Positions 9,136-18,864 are shown, numbered from the whole stretch's first letter. The stretch is 61,335 nt of DNA, filler included, from an uncultured Rhodopirellula sp. (GCA_964007735.1; 6 parts of 6 records of this genome joined end to end with filler, not necessarily neighbours in it); one strand, 5' to 3'. A program made the numbers and translations. Notes: generated from the sequence alone by a model not told the origin.

Positions 9136-10969
9136 ATGGTAAACCGCAATTTAATCCGTTCACTTGAAGATGATAGTTTAGAAAATGAGCTTCAGGGCCT
9201 ATTTGGTGGTGAAGCAGAATCATCTTTTGATTTAGCGCTGGAACAGGAAGCTGACTTCGAAGTCAACAATATCATCGATGGGAAGATCGTCTCCTTCGAT
9301 GACGAATACGTCGTTATCGACGTAGGATTTAAAAGTGAAGGCTCAATTAGTCGTAGTGAGTGGGGAGAAGAGGAAGAACAACCGGAAGTTGGGGCGTCTG
9401 TTCAGGTACTCATTGAGGAAGTTGAAGACGAATATGGTCCAGCAAATGATCCCCATGGAATGGTGTCGCTGAGTAAGCGTAAAGCTGAAAAGATTCTCGC
9501 CTGGACTGCCATGATGGAAAAAATTGACGAGGGGCAAATCGTCAAAGGTACTGTTACTCGAAAGATTAAGGGCGGTTTACTTGTGGATATTGGCGTCAAT
9601 GTCTTCCTGCCTGCGAGCCAAGTCGATATTCGTCGACCAAACGATATTGCCGACTACATTGGCCAGGAAGTCGAATGTGAGGTGCTTAAGATTGACGAAG
9701 CACGTCGGAATATCGTCGTGTCACGGCGATCGATGATTGAACGTCAGCGTCGAGCCCAACGCGAAGCCTTATTAGCTGAGTTGAGTGAAGGTGAATTGCG
9801 GAAAGGTGTTGTTAAGAACATTGCTGATTTTGGTGCTTTTGTCGACCTCGGCGGGATCGACGGTTTGCTCCATATCACCGATATGAGTTGGGAGCGGATC
9901 GGACATCCGTCAGAAATGGTGTCGATTGATCAGGAGATTGAGGTGATGATCCTCAAGATTGATCATGAGAAAGAGAAAATAGCTCTCGGAATGAAACAAA
10001 AATCAGCCAACCCTTGGGAAGGGATCGAAGATCGCTACCCGGTTAACACGAAAGTCGAGGGTGAAGTTGTTAATGTCATGAGCTACGGTGCGTTCGTTAA
10101 ACTCGAGGCCGGTATAGAAGGTCTGGTACATATCAGTGAGATGTCGTGGACAAAAAGGATTAATCACCCGAACGAAATGGTTCAAATAGGAGACGAGATT
10201 GACGTGGTGATCCTTGCTATAGACAAAGGTGGCCAACAACTTTCTCTGGGCATGAAGCAAACGCAAGCTAACCCATGGGAAGAAGTTGAACAGAGCTACC
10301 CGATTGATTCTGTTGTCAAAGGTCGCGTTCGTAACCTCACAAATTATGGCGCGTTTATCGAACTTGAAGAAGGTATAGACGGGCTGTTGCACGTTTCAGA
10401 TATCTCATGGACACGGAAGATTGGACATCCAAATGAGGTACTTGAAAAAGGTCAGGAAGTCGAATGTAAAGTTCTGTCGATGGATATTGAAAGACGTCGA
10501 ATTGCGCTTGGCATTAAGCAACTTGATGCTGATCCTTGGACAACCGATATTCCGGAACGTTACCAGCCAGGCCAGAAGATCACTGGTAGTGTTACGAAGA
10601 TCACCAACTTTGGCGTTTTCATTGGTTTGGAAGATGGGCTAGAAGGATTACTCCACATTTCGGAAATGACGGATGAACAAGTAGAAGATCCGGAAACGCT
10701 TGTTAAAGTCGGCGAAGAAATCGAAGTCAAGGTTCTGCGTGTTGACACAGAAGATCGTAAGATAGGCCTGTCTCGTAAACGCGTTGATTGGACGCCCGAA
10801 CAGGAAGCCAAGGCGAAGGCCGACGAAGAGGTCGCAGGTAGCCCTGACGAGGACCTAAAGGGTGGTCTTGGTGGCGGTGGTCCCCTCTTTAAAGTACCGG
10901 CTGAAGGAGCAACCGAAGAAGCAACCGAAGAAGCAACCGAAGAAGCAACCGAAGAAGCAACCGAAGAAG
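9136..10969 (+). CDS. rpsA: 30S ribosomal protein S1, truncated at the contig end
   Basis: Repeated S1 domains (FGAFVDLGGIDGLLHI, YGAFVKLEAGIEGLVHISE and similar). The frame runs into the N linker. Confidence 0.97.
10909..10969 (+). repeat. Tandem repeat (GCAACCGAAGAA) x5 or more, encoding ATEE
   Basis: Five perfect 12-nt units, with a sixth starting at the contig end. Confidence 0.95.
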
Positions 10970-11069
10970 NNNNNNNNNNNNNNNNNNNNNNNNNNNNNNN
11001 NNNNNNNNNNNNNTTAATTAATTAANNNNNNNNNNNNNNNNNNNNNNNNNNNNNNNNNNNNNNNNNNNN
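10970..11069. other. Artificial contig linker
   Basis: N44-TTAATTAATTAA-N44 (stops in all six frames). Confidence 0.98.
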
Positions 11070-11212
11070 TGACCTCTGTACTGGTTAGCCTAGTGTAAGT
11101 TCGTTGGAGCAAAATGATCCTAAGTTTAGCTACAATGATTCACGTTGGTTTTTCAGGACGAAGGATGTCTTGTGCGGACTCGAAGAAATCTACATATATA
11201 AGTGAGCTTTAA

Positions 11213-13060
11213 GTGAAACAAACGAGCCTTTCCCTCCCGATGCTATTGGGCATTTTCCTACTTGCCACTTCTGCCCGCGCTGCGGAAAGGCCCAACATTC
11301 TCTGGATCACCAGCGAGGATAATGGCATTTCCTGGGTGAGTTCTTATGGTGGCACCAATGCCCGGACTCCGAACATTGATCAACTTGCCGCCGAAGGATT
11401 TCTTTACCAGTACTGCTTCGACAATGCTGCCGTCTGTGCTCCGACCCGTTCCTGCTGGATCACCGGCATGTATGGCATTTCCAACGGTACGCAACCTATG
11501 AGAAGCCGCAACGAAATTCCTCATGACAGGATCTCTTATTATCCTGATCTGCTGAGAAAGGCCGGCTATCACACCTCCAATCCTGGTAAGACGGACTACA
11601 ATATCGGTGGTCGTGATGATTACGATGCGTGGGATGTTGGTAAAGGAGCAGGTACTATCTACGGCTGGAAAAAGCGACAACCTAACCAGCCGTTTTTCGC
11701 AGTCGTCAACATTGGTGACAGTCATGAGAGCCGTGCTCACGGCGACAACGAGAACACCAAAAACGATCCGGCTTCAATGAAGCTGTTCTCCTATCATCCC
11801 GACTTGCCTGAGATTCGTAAGACGTATGCTAAGTACGCCGATGCGGTCGAAAGAATGGATGAAAAGGTAGGAAAATGCCTCGCGGAACTTGAAAAAGACG
11901 GCCTCGCCGACAGCACGATCGTGATCTACAACTCCGACCATGGCGGTGTGTTGGCCCGCAGCAAACGTTTTTGCTATTCCAGCGGTATTCACTGCCCTCT
12001 TGTGGTCCGTGTCCCCGAGAAATTCAAGCACCTTTACCCGGCAGATCGGCCTGGCGAAGTGATTGAGCGACTCGTCAGTTTTGTCGATATGCCCAAGACC
12101 TGGCTCAGCCTCGCCGGCGCGGAGATTCCGGATACGTTTCAGGGAACCGTCTTTCTCGGAAAAGGCATCGAGCGGGAGCCCGCCTACCATTTTGCTTTTC
12201 GCGAGCGGGCTGATGAACGCCTCGACTGTGTTCGTGTCATTCGCGATAAACGCTATGCATATCACAAGAACTACATGCCTTATGCGCCCGCGGGTCAGCA
12301 CCTCGCTTACCTCTGGAAAGCCGAAGCCACGCCCGCGTGGGAGCAACACCACCGTGAAGGCAAAACGGATGAGATTACCGGTCGTTTTTTTGAACCACGT
12401 GTTTCCGAAGAATTCTATGACAACGAAAAGGACTTCGATAATGTGTATAACCTTATCGAAGCCAGGAAGCATCAGGAGCGAATCGCCAAGCTCAAGAATG
12501 CCCTTCGCCAACGCCAGCTAGAACTCTATGACTCCGGTTTGTTGCCGGAACAGATGCGTGTGCGTCGTGCCAAAGAGAATGGGCTCACGATTTATGACAT
12601 GGTGCGCGATGAAAAACTTTACCCACTCGCTACTTACCTTGATGCCGCTGATTTAGCGTTGGCCCGGGATAAAACCAACCTTGCCACTTTTGTGGGGCAC
12701 CTGACCCACGATGACGAAGGCCTGCGTTGGTGGGGGATTGTGGGTTTGCACCTGCTGGATCAAGATTCCGCACCGGCTACTTCGGCACTCAAAGTGGCCC
12801 TCACTGATGACGCTCACGAAATTCGTATGATGGCTGCCTGGACGCTTGTCAAACTCGGTCAGTCAGATTTGGCAATTGCCTGTCTCGACGACCTGCTCTT
12901 CGGCACATGTGACAATGAAGACATGCTGCACAACGTACTCGAATGGATGGGGGAACCTGGCCTGCCTTTAGTCAAGAAATACATTGAAAACGATGGTAAT
13001 CGTCAGGGCCGGTATGGTATCGGGATTCTTGGACGGATCGCTGAGTTAAATGGGTGGTAA
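11213..13060 (+). CDS. Exported formylglycine-dependent (S1) sulfatase with C-terminal HEAT-like repeats
   Basis: Signal peptide, RPNILWITSED, CAPTR (CxPxR), SDHG; C-terminal D....R.W/AA..L repeats. Confidence 0.9.
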   Translation: MKQTSLSLPMLLGIFLLATSARAAERPNILWITSEDNGISWVSSYGGTNARTPNIDQLAAEGFLYQYCFDNAAVCAPTRSCWITGMYGISNGTQPMRSRNEIPHDRISYYPDLLRKAGYHTSNPGKTDYNIGGRDDYDAWDVGKGAGTIYGWKKRQPNQPFFAVVNIGDSHESRAHGDNENTKNDPASMKLFSYHPDLPEIRKTYAKYADAVERMDEKVGKCLAELEKDGLADSTIVIYNSDHGGVLARSKRFCYSSGIHCPLVVRVPEKFKHLYPADRPGEVIERLVSFVDMPKTWLSLAGAEIPDTFQGTVFLGKGIEREPAYHFAFRERADERLDCVRVIRDKRYAYHKNYMPYAPAGQHLAYLWKAEATPAWEQHHREGKTDEITGRFFEPRVSEEFYDNEKDFDNVYNLIEARKHQERIAKLKNALRQRQLELYDSGLLPEQMRVRRAKENGLTIYDMVRDEKLYPLATYLDAADLALARDKTNLATFVGHLTHDDEGLRWWGIVGLHLLDQDSAPATSALKVALTDDAHEIRMMAAWTLVKLGQSDLAIACLDDLLFGTCDNEDMLHNVLEWMGEPGLPLVKKYIENDGNRQGRYGIGILGRIAELNGW

Positions 13061-13321
13061 ACTCGCTGAAACGGTAGTCAGAACAAACATTCTCGCAGTT
13101 CACTCATTTATCTCTTTGACTTCAAAGGGTAAGACCACAAATCCGGATTTGGTAATACTGCCTTAATTATCGGAGCAATCAACGATATGAGGTAGTGCGT
13201 AGAGAGTGATCTGACTCTCATTGCCTTTCCCTGAGGCGATGGGGATATTGAGCAAAAGGCCAGCAGGCAAGATAATGCACTGGTTTAGCACCAGTCTCAA
13301 GCAGTCAATATCAGGAAAGCA

Positions 13322-14683
13322 ATGATGAATGAACAAACCGAGGCGGCAAACTGTCAGCGTTGGCACAAGCTTATCCTTGCGATGATGCTTGTTCTCTGTT
13401 CCTCTGTAGCAACAATCGTCGCCGAGAAAAAGATTCTGGCGTTTTATCCCAAGCTGCAAGACAAAAATTCCCAACTGGATTTAACAATCCGTTCTGATGC
13501 TGCTGCGGGAATGGGAAAGCCGAATGCTCCCGTGAAATTCACGGTAAAGGTCGTCAACAACGGGAAGCAAACGATAGATGGAATGCTTGGATGGAGTATT
13601 AACAGCACAGCGATATCTCCGACCAAAATTCCTGATCAGGGGATTCAGATTGATGCAGGTAAGACGAAGGAACTTACGAAAACCATCATGCTCCCGCAGA
13701 CTGGTTTTGTTGAACTGGTGTGCAAATTTCAACACAGTGCAACGGTAAAAGCCATCCAGAAAACAAGTCGTGTAGGATGCAACCCAAACCAATTGTTGAC
13801 ACCGCTGACACAGCAGGATGACTTTGACGAATTCTGGGAGCGTTCCATCGCAGAATTGAATGCGGTCCCTCCGGCATTCAAAACGATTGAACAGCCGAAG
13901 ATGAGCGATGGCAATATCCGGGTTTTTGAAATCAGTATGCGGAGTCATGATCAGGTTCGAGTCCGTGGCTGGCTCGAAGTACCGCGTCAAGTGTCGAAAC
14001 CTCTTCCGGTAGTAATTCGTGTGCCTGGTTATGGACAAAACATGAAACCAATTGGCAAATGTGATGACATGATTGTATTTTCGTTTAATCCTCGTGGTCA
14101 TGGAAATAGCCAGCAGGATATTTCCGGCCAACCTAACAACTTCTGGATTCGAGGTTTGGATAACGCAGAAAGTTACTATTATCGCGGTAGCTATCTGGAT
14201 TGCATTAGGGCAGTCGATTTTATCGCGTCCCGGCCTGACGTGGATCAGGATAAGATCGCTGTCTGGGGTGGCAGCCAGGGGGGCGGATTCGCATTTGCCA
14301 CAGCGGCCCTCGATTCAAGAGTTGATTATTGTATCGCCGACATTCCCTTTCTTTGCGACTGGAGAAATTACTTTCGTTTAAGCCACTGGCCTGAGATGGA
14401 TAACTGGATCGCCGAGCAACCACAACGGTCCTGGGAATCAACGCTGCGAACACTTAGCTACTTTGACACCATGAACCTCGCGGAGCGAATTCATTGTCCT
14501 ACCCTGATGTCAATTGGTCTTCAGGATGGGGTGTGTCCGCCGACGACGTGCTTTCATACCTTCAATCGCATCTCCGGCGAAAAGAATTATAGAATCTATC
14601 CAAACAAGCGACATGGGCTCGGCAAAGAACATTACGCCTGGGTTTGGGGACAAATTCGCCAAGCATTTAATAGCACCGACTGA
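13322..14683 (+). CDS. Acetylxylan esterase / cephalosporin-C deacetylase family (CE7) with N-terminal extension
   Basis: DFDEFW, RGHG, YYYRG, GGSQGG nucleophile elbow, D..CPP and terminal His. Confidence 0.85.
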   Translation: MMNEQTEAANCQRWHKLILAMMLVLCSSVATIVAEKKILAFYPKLQDKNSQLDLTIRSDAAAGMGKPNAPVKFTVKVVNNGKQTIDGMLGWSINSTAISPTKIPDQGIQIDAGKTKELTKTIMLPQTGFVELVCKFQHSATVKAIQKTSRVGCNPNQLLTPLTQQDDFDEFWERSIAELNAVPPAFKTIEQPKMSDGNIRVFEISMRSHDQVRVRGWLEVPRQVSKPLPVVIRVPGYGQNMKPIGKCDDMIVFSFNPRGHGNSQQDISGQPNNFWIRGLDNAESYYYRGSYLDCIRAVDFIASRPDVDQDKIAVWGGSQGGGFAFATAALDSRVDYCIADIPFLCDWRNYFRLSHWPEMDNWIAEQPQRSWESTLRTLSYFDTMNLAERIHCPTLMSIGLQDGVCPPTTCFHTFNRISGEKNYRIYPNKRHGLGKEHYAWVWGQIRQAFNSTD

Positions 14684-14987
14684 ACGCTGCTGTCCACACG
14701 AACCGTCCGGTAGTAGGAATTCGGAAAGAGAAGCCTCTAAGCATTATCTTTCTGAGAACTTTAGACTTCGCGTTTCATTTGCGAGCATTGTTTGCCAAGG
14801 GCCATATTAGATTGGCCTTGGTTCGTTCAAACAAATATTTGTTATCCGCAGATTTGTCGGTTGAAATAATGAGTGCTTTAATCCAAGCACCCCATTTTAC
14901 TCTTATGTGTTTCCGCCTTGTTTCTAACCCGTTGGGGAATTGGATTGATGTGTTAGACTGTGGTGGCGGTGAGCCCGTTATCAGAGA

Positions 14988-15539
14988 ATGAAACTCCAGG
15001 AGGCTATCAAGATGCGACGAATTTGTGTTGCTCTAATTTTTGCTTGTTACACGTTTGGTTCGGTCAAAGCTGCTGAAACCCCGGCCTTGCCAACCGATGT
15101 ACCACCCATGGTTGGGACTGCCATTGCGATTCCTGACAATGACTCTGACTATTATTCGGTTCAAATCACGGTCCCAAAAATTCGATGGAGTGTGGTTGGC
15201 GAGCGTCGACCAAAATTAGAATGGCCTACACTCAAGGTGACGGCTGAGAGTGCGACACTGGATCTTTTGATCCTGAATGATCGATCAGAATCGGCGCAGT
15301 TGTCACAGCTAAGCGAGAATGCTCAAAGCCGTATTGTGAATCTTAATGGTAAACGTCTCAGCAGTAAGGAAGTATTAAAACGATTGAAATCCAGTAAAGC
15401 GATTTTGGTTTCTGTGTCGGGTAAGATGCCCAACGCCTACCACCTTCAAACCACAAAGCCGGACACACTGATCGTTATTTTGGGCATTTCGGCAGACATG
15501 CCAAGACCTGACTTATTGCCTCAGCCACTGAAAGATTGA
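14988..15539 (+). CDS. Hypothetical exported protein
   Basis: 183-aa ORF with a signal-like segment (MRRICVALIFACYTFGSVKA); second possible start at 15012. Confidence 0.6.
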   Translation: MKLQEAIKMRRICVALIFACYTFGSVKAAETPALPTDVPPMVGTAIAIPDNDSDYYSVQITVPKIRWSVVGERRPKLEWPTLKVTAESATLDLLILNDRSESAQLSQLSENAQSRIVNLNGKRLSSKEVLKRLKSSKAILVSVSGKMPNAYHLQTTKPDTLIVILGISADMPRPDLLPQPLKD

Positions 15540-15543
15540 CGGC

Positions 15544-16092
15544 ATGAATGATTTTGTCATAAAAACCAAACGGGTTGGATTACGCAAGTATTGTCCCTCC
15601 GATCTGGAAGCATTCGCCGCGATAAATGCCGACCCACAGGTCATGAAATTCTTCCCGGAATTTGCAAAACTGTCGCCGGCTGAAGCGGAGGACGTGATGG
15701 AACGTATGAATGCAAGGATTGATCTGCAGGGGTTTGGTTTTTGGGCAGCGGAAAATCTTGACGATCATCAGCTGATGGGTTTTATTGGAATTCAACAAGT
15801 TCCTTATGAGACAGAATTCACGCCGGCCGTTGAAATAGGGTGGCGATTGGCCATTGATTATTGGAGTAAAGGGCTGGCGACAGAGGGAGCCGAGGCTTGC
15901 CTGTCGTATGCTTTTGGTGAATTGGACCTGGAGAGAATCGTCTCGTTCACGACCCCTTTGAATGAGCGGTCTGTACGTGTCATGCAGCGTTTAGGGATGA
16001 CGCATCGTGGCTCTTTTGACCATCCATTAATTCCTGAAGGGCATCTACTTCGTAAGCATGTATGGTATTGCTTAGAATCAGCGGATTATTGA
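15544..16092 (+). CDS. GNAT family N-acetyltransferase (RimJ/RimL type)
   Basis: VEIGWRL...YWSKGLATEGA and N.RS.RVMQRLGM motifs. Confidence 0.9.
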   Translation: MNDFVIKTKRVGLRKYCPSDLEAFAAINADPQVMKFFPEFAKLSPAEAEDVMERMNARIDLQGFGFWAAENLDDHQLMGFIGIQQVPYETEFTPAVEIGWRLAIDYWSKGLATEGAEACLSYAFGELDLERIVSFTTPLNERSVRVMQRLGMTHRGSFDHPLIPEGHLLRKHVWYCLESADY

Positions 16093-16220
16093 GAACCATT
16101 CTCTACGAGGTGACATGCTGAATTCAAATCCTTGCAGGAAATTCGGCAAAGCATTGATTCTCCGATTGTTGGGGTGAGTTTGTTGAGGGTGTTCGTTAGT
16201 GAAAGTATTAGGCCGGAAAA

Positions 16221-16676
16221 TTGATGTTGCCTAAGAGTTTGGAGGATCGCAGGTTTCAACGCTACTTGGGGCCAGTAATCGGTTTGATCGCCGGGGCTTT
16301 TTGTGGCTTGCAAAATCCGTTTGCCCCCGGAGCGTTACCCGTTTGGATAACGGTGGCTGGTGGGGCTTTAATTGGTGGTATCGCCGGTATACTCGTGATG
16401 GTTCTGGATCCGTTAGCCCCAAGTGTGACAACGGAAGAACTGTCTGACTACGATGTGAAACGAAGTAAAATGCCTTCTAGTCTCGTCGGCAGGGTCTTAT
16501 CCCTATTCGGTTTATTGCTTAGCTGGATACCTTTTTTGGGTCTGGTGCTAAACCTTATTGGAGTTCTGGTAAATCGCGGCACGGATGATTGGGCGATTGT
16601 TTTTTCAAAGATCAGTTTGACACTAGGGTTGATTGTTAGCGTGATGATGTTGATCGGTTTAATCTTGGGTTGGTAA
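16221..16676 (+). CDS. Hypothetical membrane protein (about 4 TM segments)
   Basis: Four hydrophobic stretches; start codon uncertain. Confidence 0.6.
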   Translation: MMLPKSLEDRRFQRYLGPVIGLIAGAFCGLQNPFAPGALPVWITVAGGALIGGIAGILVMVLDPLAPSVTTEELSDYDVKRSKMPSSLVGRVLSLFGLLLSWIPFLGLVLNLIGVLVNRGTDDWAIVFSKISLTLGLIVSVMMLIGLILGW

Positions 16677-16863
16677 GTACAAAACCGTATTGAGTTAACG
16701 TCTAGCTGCTTAACAAATCGTTCTGGGTAGGCCGTGTCCTAATGGTGAATGTTCTCCGCTGCATGCTCCAAGAACGGGAAGTTTACCTGTGTGCCGATTG
16801 TCGTGGTGAGTTTATTGCGAGTGCCGATAGATGCAAAATTTACGTCAAGGTAGGCAGTAACCC

Positions 16864-16958
16864 CAATTTTTCGATGCAGCCCATTTCACAAGGACTCGAA
16901 TAACCCGATAATAGCAGTGTCTATTCATAGATGCCTACGTGGCGGAATTGGCAGACGC
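16864..16958 (+). repeat. Direct repeat copy 1 (tRNA-Leu upstream region plus tRNA 5' part); copy 2 at 18674-18768
   Basis: Ungapped 95-nt hand alignment, 75/95 identical, offset 1810 nt. Confidence 0.85.
16885..16912 (+). promoter_or_regulatory. Sigma70-like promoter (TTCACA-N16-GATAAT), relic copy upstream of the sulfatase
   Basis: Both hexamers are identical to those upstream of the intact tRNA-Leu at 18695-18722. Confidence 0.5.
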
Positions 16959-16978
16959 CTTGGCTTTAGGTAGGTGCC
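16933..16978 (+). pseudogene. Degenerate 5'-half tRNA-Leu relic
   Basis: GTGGCGGAATTGGCAGACGC (D-arm) is identical to the intact tRNA-Leu. The anticodon stem is broken and there is no T-arm or 3' acceptor strand. Confidence 0.75.
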
Positions 16979-17086
16979 GTGTATAGAAAATCATTTGCGT
17001 CCGGGCTGACGAGGCCGGGTTTGCTTGCCCTTCGAGCACACACAGTGACAGTGACGATCCACCCAAGAGGATACGGTAGGTAATCA

Positions 17087-18631
17087 ATGAAGTATACAAT
17101 AGCAGCCTTTATTACTTTGCTGCTGTCGCCGCTGTCCGCGTTGAGTGCCGATGCGATCGATGCAGGAGCAGCGGGGAAGCAAAAGCCCAATGTTCTCTTC
17201 ATCGTCTCCGATGATCTTAAGCCTCTGCTTGGTTGCTATGGAGCCACGTGGATTCAGTCACCAAATATCGATCAGTTAGCGGCGCGAGGCGTGTTGTTTA
17301 CCTCGAATTACTGTCAGGTTGCATTCTGCGCGCCGACACGGTTCAGTCTGCTCACCGGATTGCGTCCTGATTCAACCGGCATGTATCTCAATCCGCCCCG
17401 CCCCAGCGATTTACTGCGTAGCCTCCTGCCGAATGTGGTGACGCTGCCACAGCAGTTCAAGAATCATGGCTACATCACGCACCCGCTCCACAAAGTCTTT
17501 GATGGCCGGACGGTCGACAGCGGACACGATAGGATTTCGTGGACCGTACCTTATGGCCCGTGGAAGCTGGCTGCTGGTGAAAAGCCGGCGCCAGGTGGTT
17601 ATCAGAATCCGGTAACCAAGTTGCGACTGGCCGAAGCTGAGAAACAAGGCCGACAAATCACGGGACCAGCGACTGAGAGTTACGATATCGTGGACAATGC
17701 ATACCACGACGGCGGTGTGGCGCATACAGCGGCGGCTCGTATCCGTGAGTTCGCGAAGAACGAGCAACCATTTTTTCTCGCTGTCGGTTTCGTAAAACCG
17801 CACCTGCCCTTTGTCGCTCCAAAGAAGTACTGGGATCTGTACGACCGCACGAAGCTGTCGCTCGCGTCGTTTCAGTCGCTACCGTCGGGGAGTCCCCACG
17901 ACCTTGGCTTTTACGGTGACTTGGGTGAACTTCGCTATTATTCGAACATCCCGAAGACCGGCCCCATACTCAAGTCTCAGCAACGGGAACTCGTCCATGG
18001 TTATGCGGCCTGCGTGTCCTACATCGACGCGCAGGTCGGCCTGCTGATGCATACGCTGGAGGAGTGCGGGGTCGCGGACGACACAATTATTTGCTTTTGG
18101 GGCGATCACGGTTATCATCTCGGCGAGCACGGCCACTGGGGCAAACTGACCAACTACGAAGACGCTGCCCGTTCGCCGTTGATTATCACGGCGCCTGGCG
18201 TCTCTGGCGATAGGCGAGTCACCGCAATCACTGAATTCCTTGACGTTTATCCGACCTTGTGTGAACTGGCCGGTCTGCCTGTTCCGGCTCATGTCGAAGG
18301 CAAAAGCCTGGTCCCGCTCCTGCGAGGAGACGACGTCACGCTCCATCACGCTGCAGTTACCCAAGTGATTCGCGGACGGGGCAGGAATGCCACGATGGGC
18401 TGGTCGCTTCGCACACCACACCATCGCTACGTCGAATGGCGTCCTGTTGATCTTTCCGGCAAGAAACCGGTTTTCAGCGGAGATATTGGTTCTATGGAAT
18501 TGTATGACTATGAGGCGGATCCTCGGGAAGAGACGAACGTTGCGAACGACTCTCAATATGCATCTGTCCTTCAACAACACCAAGCTCTTTTCGACCAGCT
18601 TCTCAAACACCTGCCGAAACGAGCCCAGTGA
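17087..18631 (+). CDS. Exported S1 sulfatase, iduronate-2-sulfatase-like
   Basis: Signal peptide, KPNVLFIVSDDL, CAPTR, GF.KPHLPF.APKKYWDLY, WGDHGYHLGEH. Confidence 0.92.
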   Translation: MKYTIAAFITLLLSPLSALSADAIDAGAAGKQKPNVLFIVSDDLKPLLGCYGATWIQSPNIDQLAARGVLFTSNYCQVAFCAPTRFSLLTGLRPDSTGMYLNPPRPSDLLRSLLPNVVTLPQQFKNHGYITHPLHKVFDGRTVDSGHDRISWTVPYGPWKLAAGEKPAPGGYQNPVTKLRLAEAEKQGRQITGPATESYDIVDNAYHDGGVAHTAAARIREFAKNEQPFFLAVGFVKPHLPFVAPKKYWDLYDRTKLSLASFQSLPSGSPHDLGFYGDLGELRYYSNIPKTGPILKSQQRELVHGYAACVSYIDAQVGLLMHTLEECGVADDTIICFWGDHGYHLGEHGHWGKLTNYEDAARSPLIITAPGVSGDRRVTAITEFLDVYPTLCELAGLPVPAHVEGKSLVPLLRGDDVTLHHAAVTQVIRGRGRNATMGWSLRTPHHRYVEWRPVDLSGKKPVFSGDIGSMELYDYEADPREETNVANDSQYASVLQQHQALFDQLLKHLPKRAQ

Positions 18632-18694
18632 AGGCGTTAAAATTTGATGCTGTCAAAATGCCGCCATCAACAGCAACTTTTCTGTGCAGCCTAC

Positions 18695-18722
18695 TTCACA
18701 AGTAGCCGATTGAGTCGATAAT
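18695..18722 (+). promoter_or_regulatory. Putative promoter of tRNA-Leu(CAG) (TTCACA-N16-GATAAT)
   Basis: -35/-10-like hexamers ending 20 nt before the tRNA. Confidence 0.55.
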
Positions 18723-18742
18723 AACAGTGTCAAATCACACAT

Positions 18743-18826
18743 GCGGATGTGGCGGAATTGGCAGACGCGCTAGATTCAGGTTCTAGTGCCCGCAAGGGCG
18801 TGGAGGTTCAAGTCCTCTCATCCGCA
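18743..18826 (+). tRNA. tRNA-Leu (CAG)
   Basis: Acceptor GCGGATG/CATCCGC-A, anticodon arm CTAGA-TTCAGGT-TCTAG, variable arm GCCCGCAAGGGC, T-loop GGTTCAAGTCC. CCA not encoded. Confidence 0.97.
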
Positions 18827-18833
18827 CTAACTC

Positions 18834-18864
18834 AAACCTCTCGCTTCTACGCGAGAGGTTTTTT
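18834..18864 (+). terminator. Intrinsic terminator after tRNA-Leu(CAG)
   Basis: AAACCTCTCGC-ttctac-GCGAGAGGTTT followed by a T-run. Confidence 0.85.

Noticed and set aside
11014..11025. Recurring TTAATTAATTAA palindrome about every 10 kb
   Set aside because: Always centred in N runs; a synthetic six-frame-stop spacer.
11258..12521. Long antisense and alternate-frame ORFs inside the sulfatase (also 17879-18610 in the second sulfatase and 6778-7332 in dnaK)
   Set aside because: They fully overlap well-supported genes, have no motifs, and are expected from codon bias.
16131..16160. GGAAATTCGGCAAAGCATTGATTC as a fourth tRNA-Leu relic
   Set aside because: Similarity needs several gaps and has no upstream match; not distinguishable from chance.
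18651..18663. TGTCAAAATGCCG resembling the motif upstream of dnaK
   Set aside because: The second half-site is broken and there is no sigma-54 box downstream.
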